From positions 8,324 to 72,323 of IMG/VR virus record IMGVR_UViG_3300037234_000386: a DNA stretch of 64,000 bases. One strand, written 5' to 3'. The DNA comes from a virus. The translations under genes and the position numbers were made by a program. Positions 36,525 through 46,951 of the stretch are shown here, one piece after another. Under the pieces are notes generated by a model, which ran no database searches, was not told where the DNA came from, and saw only the letters and a list, made by a program, of their open reading frames with translations. The first letter of the stretch is position 1. Every line of letters begins with the position of its first letter.

Positions 36525-37748
36525 ATGGCACTAAAAACAAAAGAATTTGAAAAAGACCCTGCTTTCCAAGCTTTATTGGAAATAGAAGGAGCTGATGTTG
36601 ACGGTTTAAAAAAACAAGCTGGAATGGAAGTAGACACTCCTCCATCAGCAGATACAATTCCACCGGTGGAAAATACCGTTCCACCAGTAGACACTCCTCC
36701 ACCAGCAGATACAATTCCACCAGCTGAGAGTCCTACAGATACGGTTCCACCAGTGGAAAAACCCAAGAATGACCAACAGCCTCCAAATCAGGATGGCGCA
36801 TTTCTGAAAGAGATTTTTGGAGATCGTTACAAAACGATAGAAGAGGCTAAGGATGCAAATATATCCGGTATTTTCGATGAAGCTGAAACTTTGCGCAAAG
36901 ACAATGCTGAATTGAAAACGAAACTTGAAGCGAAGCCCAAAACAAATTTCGCAAATGACGAAATGGCTTTATATAACGAGTTTGTGAAAGAAACTGGACA
37001 GTCAAATTATGGTTTGTTTGAAAAGATTAACAGTACTGAACTTGCGACCATGGATCCTATGGAAGCTCTTGTGGCGAAGTACATTCTTGATAATCCAAAC
37101 CAAGCAGGACAGGAAGATATGGTAAGAAAGTTTTTCGTAAAGAAATACGACATGGATCCTGACCATGATGAGGAAACTTTAAGCCTCAACAAATTTAGCA
37201 TGGAGGCAGATGGAGCCACCGCAAAGAAAAGCTTACAAGAGATTAAGGAAAAGTTAAAAATTCCTGAACCATCCAAAGAACCAGCTCAACCAAAGGTTAA
37301 AACACCCGAGGAAATAGCTACATTGGAAAAAGGATGGAATGATTTTGGAACTAAAGCTGCTACTCATTTATCAAAGCTTCAAATCCCAATTAAAGATGGC
37401 AAGGAGTCTCTTTTGGACTATGAAATTTCAGAATCCGAAAAGAAAGAGGTTGCTGATTATATTACCAATTTCGCAGCTAAGAACCAAATGGAACTTACAA
37501 AAGAAAATGCTGATATTTTAGGCAAAGATGCTTATCAGAAATTGATGATTAGAAAGCTACCAGAAATCGTGCATTCCGTTTTTGAGAAAGCACGAGAAAT
37601 GACAGAAGCAGAAGTCCATAACTTGTATTCTAATCCATCACCATTAAACAACAAAGACACTCCTCCACCAACATCTGACACAACACAGTCGGATTATGAG
37701 AAGAGGATAGCCGAAGCCGCAGAAAAAACAAAGGCGAAGCTAGGTTAA
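36525..37748 (+). CDS. Capsid scaffolding-like protein
   Basis: Acidic and helical with Pro-rich N-terminus; between portal and capsid genes. Confidence 0.65.
   Translation: MALKTKEFEKDPAFQALLEIEGADVDGLKKQAGMEVDTPPSADTIPPVENTVPPVDTPPPADTIPPAESPTDTVPPVEKPKNDQQPPNQDGAFLKEIFGDRYKTIEEAKDANISGIFDEAETLRKDNAELKTKLEAKPKTNFANDEMALYNEFVKETGQSNYGLFEKINSTELATMDPMEALVAKYILDNPNQAGQEDMVRKFFVKKYDMDPDHDEETLSLNKFSMEADGATAKKSLQEIKEKLKIPEPSKEPAQPKVKTPEEIATLEKGWNDFGTKAATHLSKLQIPIKDGKESLLDYEISESEKKEVADYITNFAAKNQMELTKENADILGKDAYQKLMIRKLPEIVHSVFEKAREMTEAEVHNLYSNPSPLNNKDTPPPTSDTTQSDYEKRIAEAAEKTKAKLG
36630..36760 (+). repeat. Tandem coding repeats (D/N-T-x-P-P units)
   Basis: gtagacactcctcca.cagcagatacaattccacc occurs twice; protein DTPPSADTIPPVENTVPPVDTPPPADTIPPAESPTDTVPP. 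Confidence 0.8.
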
Positions 37749-37799
37749 AAAACGAGTAAGAAAGAGGTGAATATATTGTTAAACTTAAAAAATTGAATT

Positions 37800-39176
37800 A
37801 TGAATCCAGATGCAGTCGCGCAGATATATGCCTCAGATATTGTTTCAGGCTTTGATATTTACAAGCCGCAAGTAATGAATGAACTTTTCTCCAGATATAA
37901 CGATCAGGGTGCTAGTTATTTTCAGTTATTGAGATCACTAGGTTTTGAGTCGGAAGTCGCAGGAGATACCTATAAGCACTATGAAGAAAATCGTATTCAC
38001 GAAGTAATCATAGTAGATGCTATCGTTGCACAACCAGCTATTGGAGCTGATATTGTGTTTGTTATTGATGCAGATTCACTAGATGCCAGTAATAACTTCT
38101 ATTTAAGAGTATGGGATCAAATCCTGTTTAAAAATGAAGTTCCGGGATCAGTGATGGCTATTGACGTATCAACGCCAACAGCACCGTCAGTTACGGTGCG
38201 ATTAAATGACAGTACCGACCAATTTCCAGCATTAACAGAAGGAGAAGAGTTGGTTATCTTTTCTGGTGCCCATTCAGAAGGTTCAGATCAGCCTGATTCT
38301 GCTATTCGCGGAACATGGGAGTATGAGAATGATGCTCAAATAATCAAGGAATCAATTGGCTATACTGGTTCTGAAATGGTTAATCAAGATTGGTTTGATG
38401 TTACCACATTGGGAACTAAAATCAAAGCTTACTATAATTTAGGACAGCAAGTAGATATTGATTATCGCACTTCTCTAAAAATAGACGGAGCGTTACTTTG
38501 GGGAAAGAGAACGGCAAATTCAGCCCTTATTGATCCAGTAACAGGAAGACCTATTAAAACTACAGAAGGTATTTTTCCTTACACAAGACGAGTTGGAAAT
38601 GAACAAACATATGTTCCTGGTGCTTTTACTGTAAGTGAATTTGACGAAATGGACTTAACCTTAGACCGAGAGGGAGCAGGTAAATACATTTGTGGTTTAT
38701 TGGGTATTAAATTACACCAAGACATTGAAAACACGCTTAAAACTTACTTTACAGATACAAATATTCAATTTGCTGCGAAAGCAACTAATGATGCTTTGTT
38801 CCATAAAGATGAGTCTTTAGCTGCCTCAGTAAACTTTAAGTATCTTACTAAAAGTGAACGTACTTTCTTATTTAAGCGCATGAATAACTTGAACAACCCT
38901 AAAACATATGGAGCGACAGGTTATACAGCAAATCAACTTGGTCTTTTTATGCCAATTAATAAGAAGAAAGATCCAGTAAGCGGAAACATGGTTCCATCTA
39001 TCGGTACTCGTTACCGTGGATTAGGTGACTATAAGAGAAGAATGGAAGTTTGGGAAGTTGGTGGAGCTGGTACTGGTTTGAAAGTGAACGGCATTGATAA
39101 AAGAAACACTTATCAGCGTTGTCATGTAGGAGCTCATTTCAGAGGAGGAAACCAATTTGTTTTAATGGAGCCTTAG
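37800..39176 (+). CDS. Major capsid protein
   Basis: Size (458 aa), position after scaffold, ALLWGKR...KTTEGIFPY motif, downstream terminator. Confidence 0.8.
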   Translation: MNPDAVAQIYASDIVSGFDIYKPQVMNELFSRYNDQGASYFQLLRSLGFESEVAGDTYKHYEENRIHEVIIVDAIVAQPAIGADIVFVIDADSLDASNNFYLRVWDQILFKNEVPGSVMAIDVSTPTAPSVTVRLNDSTDQFPALTEGEELVIFSGAHSEGSDQPDSAIRGTWEYENDAQIIKESIGYTGSEMVNQDWFDVTTLGTKIKAYYNLGQQVDIDYRTSLKIDGALLWGKRTANSALIDPVTGRPIKTTEGIFPYTRRVGNEQTYVPGAFTVSEFDEMDLTLDREGAGKYICGLLGIKLHQDIENTLKTYFTDTNIQFAAKATNDALFHKDESLAASVNFKYLTKSERTFLFKRMNNLNNPKTYGATGYTANQLGLFMPINKKKDPVSGNMVPSIGTRYRGLGDYKRRMEVWEVGGAGTGLKVNGIDKRNTYQRCHVGAHFRGGNQFVLMEP

Positions 39177-39187
39177 AGATATATTAA

Positions 39188-39224
39188 ATAGAAGGGGTGA
39201 AAAAGTCCCTTCTATTATTTTTTT
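39188..39224 (+). terminator. Terminator after the capsid gene
   Basis: ATAGAAGGG/CCCTTCTAT stem with T-rich tail. Confidence 0.75.
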
Positions 39225-39243
39225 AATAATTAAATTTACAGCT

Positions 39244-40173
39244 ATGTTATACAAGAACGATGAACCTTACAAATTATCAGCGGCAGAACATGGGAAACTT
39301 GCAAGAATGTTTCCAAAATTAAAAGGAACAGCTAGTAAAGCAGGAATGCCTCTTAAATTAGTTTATCCTAAAAGCAGGATAAAAGCGAGTAGGAGTGCGC
39401 ACAACCTCAAACCAGACAAACCAGCTTCAATAGCATTTCCATTGGTAGCAACAAGAAGAACCGATACGGGAACAGAGCAGTGGAGATATGCTGATAACAG
39501 AGTACATGGTACGAATGGTTCGTTTGTATATTCGCCTGTGATGTTAACTTTTACGGGTAACAAAGTACTTGAACAATCAGACATTGAATTAATTTACTGG
39601 TTAACCGAAATATGCCCATGGTTAGAGGGTGGTACGAATTGGAATGGAAGAACACCTAAATGCGTTATTGAAAATCTTATTGCTGAAGCAGATGTTAAAG
39701 CTGAAAAACAAAGAGTTTTAGCTGATTTAAAAGCATTGATTTATTCAGACGTAGTGGGATTGAAAGAAGATAAGTTAAGACTTGTATCTAAAGCTTATTT
39801 TATTCGCAACGTAGATGATATGTCATTAGCGCAAGTTCAATTATCATTAGAATTTGAGGTAATGAGAGACAAAACAAAAGGAATTGCAAATTTCCTTGAA
39901 CTAGTTGATGCCGAACAGGTATTGATAGTAAAATCAAACATCCAAGTGGCTATTGACAATAGGATTATTTCTTTTGTTAAAAATCAGAATACATGGTCAT
40001 GGGTTACTGAGCAGGGGAAGAAAAATGAAGAAATTGTAAAAACGATACCAACGGCAGAACCAAACGAAGCTTTATTTGATTACTATAATGGGAATCAGGC
40101 TTTTGCAGAGCAATTAACAGCAGCATTAAAGGCGGCTAAATTATATACTGGAAAAGACGAGAACGAAGAATAA
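39244..40173 (+). CDS. Conserved head-module hypothetical protein
   Basis: Directly follows the capsid gene. Confidence 0.65.
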   Translation: MLYKNDEPYKLSAAEHGKLARMFPKLKGTASKAGMPLKLVYPKSRIKASRSAHNLKPDKPASIAFPLVATRRTDTGTEQWRYADNRVHGTNGSFVYSPVMLTFTGNKVLEQSDIELIYWLTEICPWLEGGTNWNGRTPKCVIENLIAEADVKAEKQRVLADLKALIYSDVVGLKEDKLRLVSKAYFIRNVDDMSLAQVQLSLEFEVMRDKTKGIANFLELVDAEQVLIVKSNIQVAIDNRIISFVKNQNTWSWVTEQGKKNEEIVKTIPTAEPNEALFDYYNGNQAFAEQLTAALKAAKLYTGKDENEE

Positions 40174-40197
40174 AAAAGGCTTTGTGAAAATATATTT

Positions 40198-40232
40198 AAC
40201 GTGCCGTATTTCTAGTAGGATACGGCACGTTT
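40198..40232. terminator. Strong intergenic hairpin (terminator or processing site)
   Basis: AACGTGCCGTAT/ATACGGCACGTT 12-bp stem. Confidence 0.6.
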
Positions 40233-40250
40233 GCTTAAAAAACTAAAGTT

Positions 40251-43200
40251 ATGGCAGATGCTATTTTAACATTTGATTTAAACCAACAACCAAAGCGCAT
40301 TATAGTTGAGGACAACCTTGATTATGGAGCACAGGGTTGGGATATTAATGATGTAGTTGCCGTAATTACATTTACAGGAACAGAAGGGGTAATTTATGAA
40401 AACACAGATTTCAACAGTCCAGATATAGTTCCTGCTACTAGTTTATTAATGACTACAGTAGTACCATTGCCATTAGACCCATTAACCGATTATACAGAAG
40501 TATTAAAAGGAAATTATACGCTAAAAGTTACGTGGTACAATAGCGTACTGGATGAAGAATATGAGTTTTTAGACACCTATCAATATGATTTTGAATTACC
40601 TGTTATTGCAAACGTAGCAGTATCGGGGCCATATTCAGGAACACTTACCTCAACAGATACGACTGTTTATGGCAGCAATGTATATCAGCTTACACGCGAA
40701 CATAGAATAAAATACCCAACACAACTACCAGGACCACCAGCAGATATTGTTAGCTCAAATGCCGAAATAGTTGTCACACCAATATATACCAATAAGTGGA
40801 CTATTGAAATAACCTCATCTGTAGAATATAGTAATCCAGATGAATTAAGGATTTTATGGGATGGTTATGGTGAGTTTTTCGAATGTGTATATGGTAGTTG
40901 TATTTCGGCAATGTACGATGCAATCAACACCATGCTAATAGGATATTACGAAGATTTAGCATGTCAATCATACAACCAAGAAGCTTATCAAAAAAGGCTT
41001 GTAATAGTCAACACAGCATGGCATTTATTAAATATAGCCTATATCGCAGGAGATGTTGATGAAGCCGATGCACAAAGCTATGTTATCCAAGAACAAGTAG
41101 AATGGACAGGTTCAGGAACATGTGATGGAACGACTTCTATATTGGTAATTCCATGTCCTCCTTATAGTGGTGGTGGTGGAAGTGGTGATTATGTCTTTGA
41201 AAATGGATTGACACAATCAGGATCACCAATTCCATTAGTTCATCTTGGAGGAACATTAATAGAAGCTACCACGATAGGAGTAGGTGCCTTTGATTTAATC
41301 GTTGCTGGAACAGGTGGTGGTAATGTAGTTTCAAATAGAGTTAGTGCAGCTACGGGTGTTACAAGCACTCATTCTGACGGAACAAATGAAGGAAGAGTTT
41401 ATGTTGCAGCAGATAAAGTTACCTTAGAACGTGCTGATTTAGGAACACCAGCAAATACAAGAGGATATGAAATAGTAGCTGCGGGTATTGTTGAAAAAGC
41501 GGATTATACAGCAGGATATGGAGCAAGAAATCTTGTTGCAAAAAGCTATGTAGATGATACATTTCTTTTAAAAGCAGCAGGTTCATTTCATGCTTATCCA
41601 GCAAAGGGGACTCCAATAGGAGCTGATATTGTGCTTATCGAGGATAGTGCAGATGGATATGCTAAAAAAGAAGTTTTATTATCAAATTTAATAAGCGCAT
41701 CAACATTTATATCATTAACAGATACTATTGACAATTATACAAATCAAGCAAACTTTGCATTAGTTGTAAACGCAACAGCAGATGCCGTTGCTTCATACGA
41801 TTTAACACAAACATACATCCACACTACAACAGCAGGACAAATAAATGGATTAACAGGAAAAGCAACTCCCGTAGGTGCAGACGTTATATTGATTGAGGAT
41901 AGTGAGGACTCTTTTAATAAAAAACAAATACCATTAAGTGCCATTCCAAGTGCTTCTCAAACTTATTTAGATTTAACTGACACAGACAATGATTATACTG
42001 GTTTTGGTGGTTATTTATTGCAAGTAAAAGGAACAGAAGACGGAATCGAATTTGCAACTTCTTCAGGATGGGTTCCGGTAACGGGAGGTTCGTTTACGGG
42101 TGTTGTTTCTTTTGTAACATCAAACGACAGACCTATAATTTTAAAACAAACAGGAACGGGTGGAACACCGGGAATACCGCAAGGAGGAAATAACTATATC
42201 TCTTTCCAAGATGGAGATGGTGATGAGCAGGGGTTCATGGGAATCGATAGTTCTGGAAATATTTATTTAAAAACATCAGTAACGGGTCAGAAGGTTTATG
42301 TAGACAATTCCTTATTTGTAAATGGAGATGGTGCTGTTACTGGTAGTTTAGCTGTTGGTAAAAGTACAGCAACCTCTGTATTAGATGTAGAAGGAGATGT
42401 GAAAATAATATATTCAGGAGCCAATCCCAGTTTATCTATAACTAACGATAGCGCAAGCGACACTCTATATTTGATAAAAACAACATCTCAAGGCACAGAC
42501 AGATTTAACATTACTTCAAGTGGAATAGGGTTTTTAGAGAAACAATTAGGAATAGGTATAGAAACCTCTATAAGTAAATTACACGTTTACCAAAATGACA
42601 CTACAACAGATGCTACCACAGGAATAACAATAGAACAAGATGGCACAGGAGATGCTGCTCTACAATACTTATTAACAGGAGGACAAAGATGGGTTGTTGG
42701 GATTGATAATTCCGATGGAGATAAATACAAAATAGCTTCAAGCGCAGACTTGAATACTGATGCGAGAATAACAATTGATCCTAGCAGTGGATATTTCGGT
42801 ATTGGGAAAGACCCATCATCACAATTAGATGTCAATGGAGATGTTTCTATAAAAGGGAAAGGAATGTTAAAAACAGGAACTAGATCTGGAGATGTACATG
42901 TTTTTATTGGAGATTACGATGGATATGCATTTGATTCAATTGGTTTGTATGTAGATAATGAAGAGGCATTAACTTTATACGGTGGACATAGAGCTGGATT
43001 TGGAATCATTGATCCTAATTACAACATACATGCTTATCAAGATACCAATGGGAGTGTATATGTAGCCGCTGAAAACATAAGCACAGGAGGTTCTGCTTTG
43101 GCTGGAACAATATACAAGAACGCCACAAGCGAATTTAAATCATATATCGCAGGAGTAAACTACTCCATAGAATCTAGTTATGCCGACACCGTTGTAATAA

Positions 43201-44822
43201 GCACAGATGCTACAGGAGGAATAGTATTACAAGGCGATGAAATTAAAATGGAGAATACGGCTGGTGATATTGTTTTTAGAATGAAAGATGATAGTCTTGT
43301 TGTAGGTAGCGATTGGGCTAATTTAGGATATGACCTTGGTGTGGTAAAAAATTCTGGTACAGGAGCTACGTGGGCAGGTGTTCAAAACTTAGCAGGTAAT
43401 GGCACAGCAAGACTAGAGGCTTCTGTCCAAGGAGCCGGTTATACTTGGTTAGAACACTATGGGTATGTTGGGGGTGAACAACCATTTACGCTATTGTTTG
43501 GTTCTCATGATGTTCGCATATTTACCCAATCAAAAATCATGTTAGAAAACACTTTTAATAATCCTATAATAACCATAGAAAACGATTTATTAAAATTACA
43601 AGGAATACCAGAAGATGCGTTTACATTACCTGCATTAGTATGGGATTCGTCAACAGGGCAAGTAAGATGGAGAAATGTGGCAGCAGGAAGCGCAGGAGAG
43701 GCTAATACGGCATCAAACGTAGGTTCTGGAGCAGGATTAATTTACAAACAAAAAGTAGGAGTTAATTTAGAACTGAAAACATTATTAGCAGGAGCAGGAG
43801 TAACTATTACTAATAACACAAGCGATATTACAATAACAGCTGTTTCTAGTGCAGTAACGTGGGGGGACATTACAGGGAAACCCACAACAATAGCTGGATA
43901 TGCGATAACCAATGCTTACACGAAGACAGAAACAGATGGTAGATATGTAAGAAAAGATGTTTATACTGAGGATAATTCCTTTTCAGGAGACTATTTGGTA
44001 TGGAACTACAGTGGTTCTTCAAATGTTGATTATATAGCATACAACGATACATCAAACACTTTCTTTTTTAGTGCAGATGCTTCTATCGGGAACACAATTG
44101 CAAACGCAAACGTACAGGCATCAAGTTTTGTAAAACAAGGAGGAACATCTTCACAGTTCTTAAAAGCAAATGGAACCGTTGATTCAAACACTTATCTGAC
44201 TTCATATAGTGAGACTGACACATTATCAAGCGTGGTTGCTAGAGGAAATTCAACATCTTCAAGCATTTCAGTAGGAGCTATAACGGGAACTTCTTTTTTG
44301 AATTTAACTAGCAATGGTTCTTATGTTAATATGAGAAGTAGTGCTGGGGATATTAGATCGTTATTCATAGAAAATGGCGGAAGGCTTTTGTATAGCGGTG
44401 TGGTGGTTGCAATGTTTCCATCAACAATATCTGGAGGAAGTCCAAATTCTTCTGGTTCTACAACCCATACTCACGCTATAAGTTTAACCCCTAATTATGT
44501 AATATTCCCATTTGATCTTGAAGCAATTTCAGGAACATACAATTGGGATGTTTTAGCGAAGCCAAATATTAGAGATGCGACAATTGGATCGGGTACTGTA
44601 ACTATAAATGTGACAAGTACTGGAACTAGTGGAATGAGTGGAATGTGTCGATTTACAAGTGGTGCATCTGCAACAACATTAGTGTTAAAATACAACGGAT
44701 TTACTACAGGAGTGTGGGTTGATGTGGGAGCTAAGTTAACTTTAGATCCGTCAACTAAATATTTTTTAACATTTGTAAATTCAGATGGAACTTATATTTT
44801 TAATTTAGCTAAATACGTATAA
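40251..44822 (+). CDS. Large mosaic tail fibre / structural protein (1523 aa)
   Basis: Gly/Thr/Ser-rich; internal repeats (TPIGADIVLIEDS/TPVGADVILIEDS; LTDT); GIG...LDVxG fibre motifs. Confidence 0.75.
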   Translation: MADAILTFDLNQQPKRIIVEDNLDYGAQGWDINDVVAVITFTGTEGVIYENTDFNSPDIVPATSLLMTTVVPLPLDPLTDYTEVLKGNYTLKVTWYNSVLDEEYEFLDTYQYDFELPVIANVAVSGPYSGTLTSTDTTVYGSNVYQLTREHRIKYPTQLPGPPADIVSSNAEIVVTPIYTNKWTIEITSSVEYSNPDELRILWDGYGEFFECVYGSCISAMYDAINTMLIGYYEDLACQSYNQEAYQKRLVIVNTAWHLLNIAYIAGDVDEADAQSYVIQEQVEWTGSGTCDGTTSILVIPCPPYSGGGGSGDYVFENGLTQSGSPIPLVHLGGTLIEATTIGVGAFDLIVAGTGGGNVVSNRVSAATGVTSTHSDGTNEGRVYVAADKVTLERADLGTPANTRGYEIVAAGIVEKADYTAGYGARNLVAKSYVDDTFLLKAAGSFHAYPAKGTPIGADIVLIEDSADGYAKKEVLLSNLISASTFISLTDTIDNYTNQANFALVVNATADAVASYDLTQTYIHTTTAGQINGLTGKATPVGADVILIEDSEDSFNKKQIPLSAIPSASQTYLDLTDTDNDYTGFGGYLLQVKGTEDGIEFATSSGWVPVTGGSFTGVVSFVTSNDRPIILKQTGTGGTPGIPQGGNNYISFQDGDGDEQGFMGIDSSGNIYLKTSVTGQKVYVDNSLFVNGDGAVTGSLAVGKSTATSVLDVEGDVKIIYSGANPSLSITNDSASDTLYLIKTTSQGTDRFNITSSGIGFLEKQLGIGIETSISKLHVYQNDTTTDATTGITIEQDGTGDAALQYLLTGGQRWVVGIDNSDGDKYKIASSADLNTDARITIDPSSGYFGIGKDPSSQLDVNGDVSIKGKGMLKTGTRSGDVHVFIGDYDGYAFDSIGLYVDNEEALTLYGGHRAGFGIIDPNYNIHAYQDTNGSVYVAAENISTGGSALAGTIYKNATSEFKSYIAGVNYSIESSYADTVVISTDATGGIVLQGDEIKMENTAGDIVFRMKDDSLVVGSDWANLGYDLGVVKNSGTGATWAGVQNLAGNGTARLEASVQGAGYTWLEHYGYVGGEQPFTLLFGSHDVRIFTQSKIMLENTFNNPIITIENDLLKLQGIPEDAFTLPALVWDSSTGQVRWRNVAAGSAGEANTASNVGSGAGLIYKQKVGVNLELKTLLAGAGVTITNNTSDITITAVSSAVTWGDITGKPTTIAGYAITNAYTKTETDGRYVRKDVYTEDNSFSGDYLVWNYSGSSNVDYIAYNDTSNTFFFSADASIGNTIANANVQASSFVKQGGTSSQFLKANGTVDSNTYLTSYSETDTLSSVVARGNSTSSSISVGAITGTSFLNLTSNGSYVNMRSSAGDIRSLFIENGGRLLYSGVVVAMFPSTISGGSPNSSGSTTHTHAISLTPNYVIFPFDLEAISGTYNWDVLAKPNIRDATIGSGTVTINVTSTGTSGMSGMCRFTSGASATTLVLKYNGFTTGVWVDVGAKLTLDPSTKYFLTFVNSDGTYIFNLAKYV

Positions 44823-44827
44823 CAATT

Positions 44828-45502
44828 ATGTTTATACCACTAGTACACGGACAGAATAGAAATGGTGCAAAAAAAGAGTATGGCTCTTTATATAATTGGT
44901 TTGTGGTAGAAAATGATTCATTAAATTTAATTACAGGATTGCACGTTCCAGATATTGACGAAACACATACTTTAGCATCTTATTTAGGAGGAATTTCAAT
45001 TGCTGGTGGTAAATTGAAAGAAATAGGATTTTATAATTGGCTAAGTCCAAATACAGGAGCAACTAATGAAGTTAACTTTACTGCGCTACCTGGAGGATTC
45101 AGATCTAAACATGGAACGTTTGAGGGGGTAGGAGAGGTTTTTAACTTTTGGACTACTACTAGAGAGCCGCTAATAGAACTTGCTGATAATCGAAGAATTT
45201 ACGATAATTCTGCTGAATTAGATTGGTGGGGTGATGAATTTGAGTTAGGATATAATATTAGATGTATGAGAGAATTAACAGCAGGAGAGCAATCGTCATA
45301 TTCAGATGGAGATATTGTAGAATATAAATTAGATTATGACGATAACTTTTACGCCATTATTAAAATAGGAACACAAGGATGGATTCATATGAATTTAAAA
45401 ACAACCCATTATTTAAATGGTATTGCAATTCCAAATATAACAAATGATACGATATGGCAAAACATACGAGCACCAGCCAGATGCACATATAACAATGAGT
45501 AA
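44828..45502 (+). CDS. Fib_succ_major (FISUMP) domain protein, circularly permuted
   Basis: YGSLYNW, GLHVPD, AGGKLKE, ATNEVNFTALPGG, GYNIRC, then DYDDNFY..IKIGTQGW..MNL. Confidence 0.8.
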   Translation: MFIPLVHGQNRNGAKKEYGSLYNWFVVENDSLNLITGLHVPDIDETHTLASYLGGISIAGGKLKEIGFYNWLSPNTGATNEVNFTALPGGFRSKHGTFEGVGEVFNFWTTTREPLIELADNRRIYDNSAELDWWGDEFELGYNIRCMRELTAGEQSSYSDGDIVEYKLDYDDNFYAIIKIGTQGWIHMNLKTTHYLNGIAIPNITNDTIWQNIRAPARCTYNNE

Positions 45503-45533
45503 GAAAACAATGTTTAACTTAACACATACAATA

Positions 45534-45620
45534 ATGAATAAATCACAGCCGATTAAACCGACAACACCAAAAACGAAGAAGACAACAACTAGTACTAAGC
45601 CAAAAACAAAAAAGAAGTAA
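45534..45620 (+). CDS. 28-aa Lys/Thr-rich micropeptide (not in the ORF track)
   Basis: MNKSQPIKPTTPKTKKTTTSTKPKTKKK; TAATG overlap with the next gene. Confidence 0.5.
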   Translation: MNKSQPIKPTTPKTKKTTTSTKPKTKKK

Positions 45621-46069
45621 TGGATAGGTTTAGTAAAATACTAAGGGTAATGCCTGTCGTTCTATTTATTATAGGGCGATGGGTATTTGATGCTTTTTCT
45701 CCTAGCATTAGTGATTTTGCTGAAATAACATTAATCAACAATTCTCCAATGATAACTAGCTGGCAAGTGTTTTATTACATAACGCTAGATCTATCATGGT
45801 TACTTCACTTATTGAATTTGAGATTAAAAGAAAATGTGGATAACTACAAATCTTTTTACAGCATATTAGGATTGTCTTTTTTAATAGACATTTATTTTAA
45901 TATTTCCAAAATAGGGATGGATTTTGATGAATATGTAGTCTCGATAACGAATTACGAACAAAATATTTTGACAGCAGGATTAATATGTGCTTTACTGTTA
46001 ATTTTGCTAGTAAAAATATTAAGTCAATTAAAATCATTAACTTGGTTAAAAATAAAAAACCATGCCTAA
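45620..46069 (+). CDS. Membrane protein (about 4 TM)
   Basis: Hydrophobic segments. Confidence 0.65.
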   Translation: MDRFSKILRVMPVVLFIIGRWVFDAFSPSISDFAEITLINNSPMITSWQVFYYITLDLSWLLHLLNLRLKENVDNYKSFYSILGLSFLIDIYFNISKIGMDFDEYVVSITNYEQNILTAGLICALLLILLVKILSQLKSLTWLKIKNHA

Positions 46070-46391
46070 AACAGTCATTGAAAAAATAATAATAGCAGTA
46101 GTCTCGCTGCTTATAGGCGCAGGATGCCTTTCTTTAGCGACAAACGCTATTAATGCAGCTTCAACAGATGATCTTAAAGATGCTGTCGTTAGTATGGAGG
46201 ATTACACCAATACTGCCATGAAAAATCATGAAGAAAAAGAGTCTGTTAAATATGATAATATGGTAGAAAAACTTAATACTGTATATAACAGGCAAGAATG
46301 GATGTTTTTGAGAGAACTAAAAAAAGCCGACAAGGCTGCTTATATAAAGGAACTAGAGGAAATTGAACAGCGTAAAATAAAGCGTAATTGA
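46062..46391 (+). CDS. Membrane-anchored coiled-coil protein
   Basis: N-terminal TM segment. Confidence 0.65.
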   Translation: MPKTVIEKIIIAVVSLLIGAGCLSLATNAINAASTDDLKDAVVSMEDYTNTAMKNHEEKESVKYDNMVEKLNTVYNRQEWMFLRELKKADKAAYIKELEEIEQRKIKRN

Positions 46392-46442
46392 TTAATAGCT
46401 AATAATTTCATAACTTTATAAAAAATTAAATCACACAATACT

Positions 46443-46940
46443 ATGAAAAAGAAAGAGATATATGACTTTAGTAAAGGGCTAGACGAATCGGCATTTGAAC
46501 ACCCTAGTATTACTTACATAGTGAATGTAAACAAGCGTGAGGTAAAGGAGCGCATAGAAGACATGGAGAAGTGTGTTGAACCGGATGAGGAAATGAAAAA
46601 ATTCACTGAGGAGAGAAGGGTTTTGGCTGAGAAACACGCTAAGAAAAATGAAGACGGTAGTTCTAAAACGATTAATATAGAAGGACAACTTCCATATTAC
46701 GACATAGAAGGGCAATTTGACACCAATAGCTCATATAGCAAAGAGTTTGTTAAATTGCAGAAGAAATACAAGGCTACTACCGACAAACACGATGCTAAGG
46801 TAAAAGCTTTCAACGAGGTACTAATGGAAGAGGAATCTGATTTTAAACCAAAAATGTTATTGCTCAGTGTTTTGGTGAAACACGAAAAATGTCCTCAATC
46901 GGTAATGGATAAAATATTTTATATGATCGATCCATCTTAA
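46443..46940 (+). CDS. Hypothetical charged helical protein (possible assembly chaperone)
   Basis: ORF in structural module. Confidence 0.6.
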   Translation: MKKKEIYDFSKGLDESAFEHPSITYIVNVNKREVKERIEDMEKCVEPDEEMKKFTEERRVLAEKHAKKNEDGSSKTINIEGQLPYYDIEGQFDTNSSYSKEFVKLQKKYKATTDKHDAKVKAFNEVLMEEESDFKPKMLLLSVLVKHEKCPQSVMDKIFYMIDPS

Positions 46941-46951
46941 AAATTATAATA

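Noticed and set aside
44828-45502. Diversity-generating retroelement targeting the Fib_succ_major gene
   Set aside because: No reverse transcriptase and no template-repeat copy differing at adenines seen in the window
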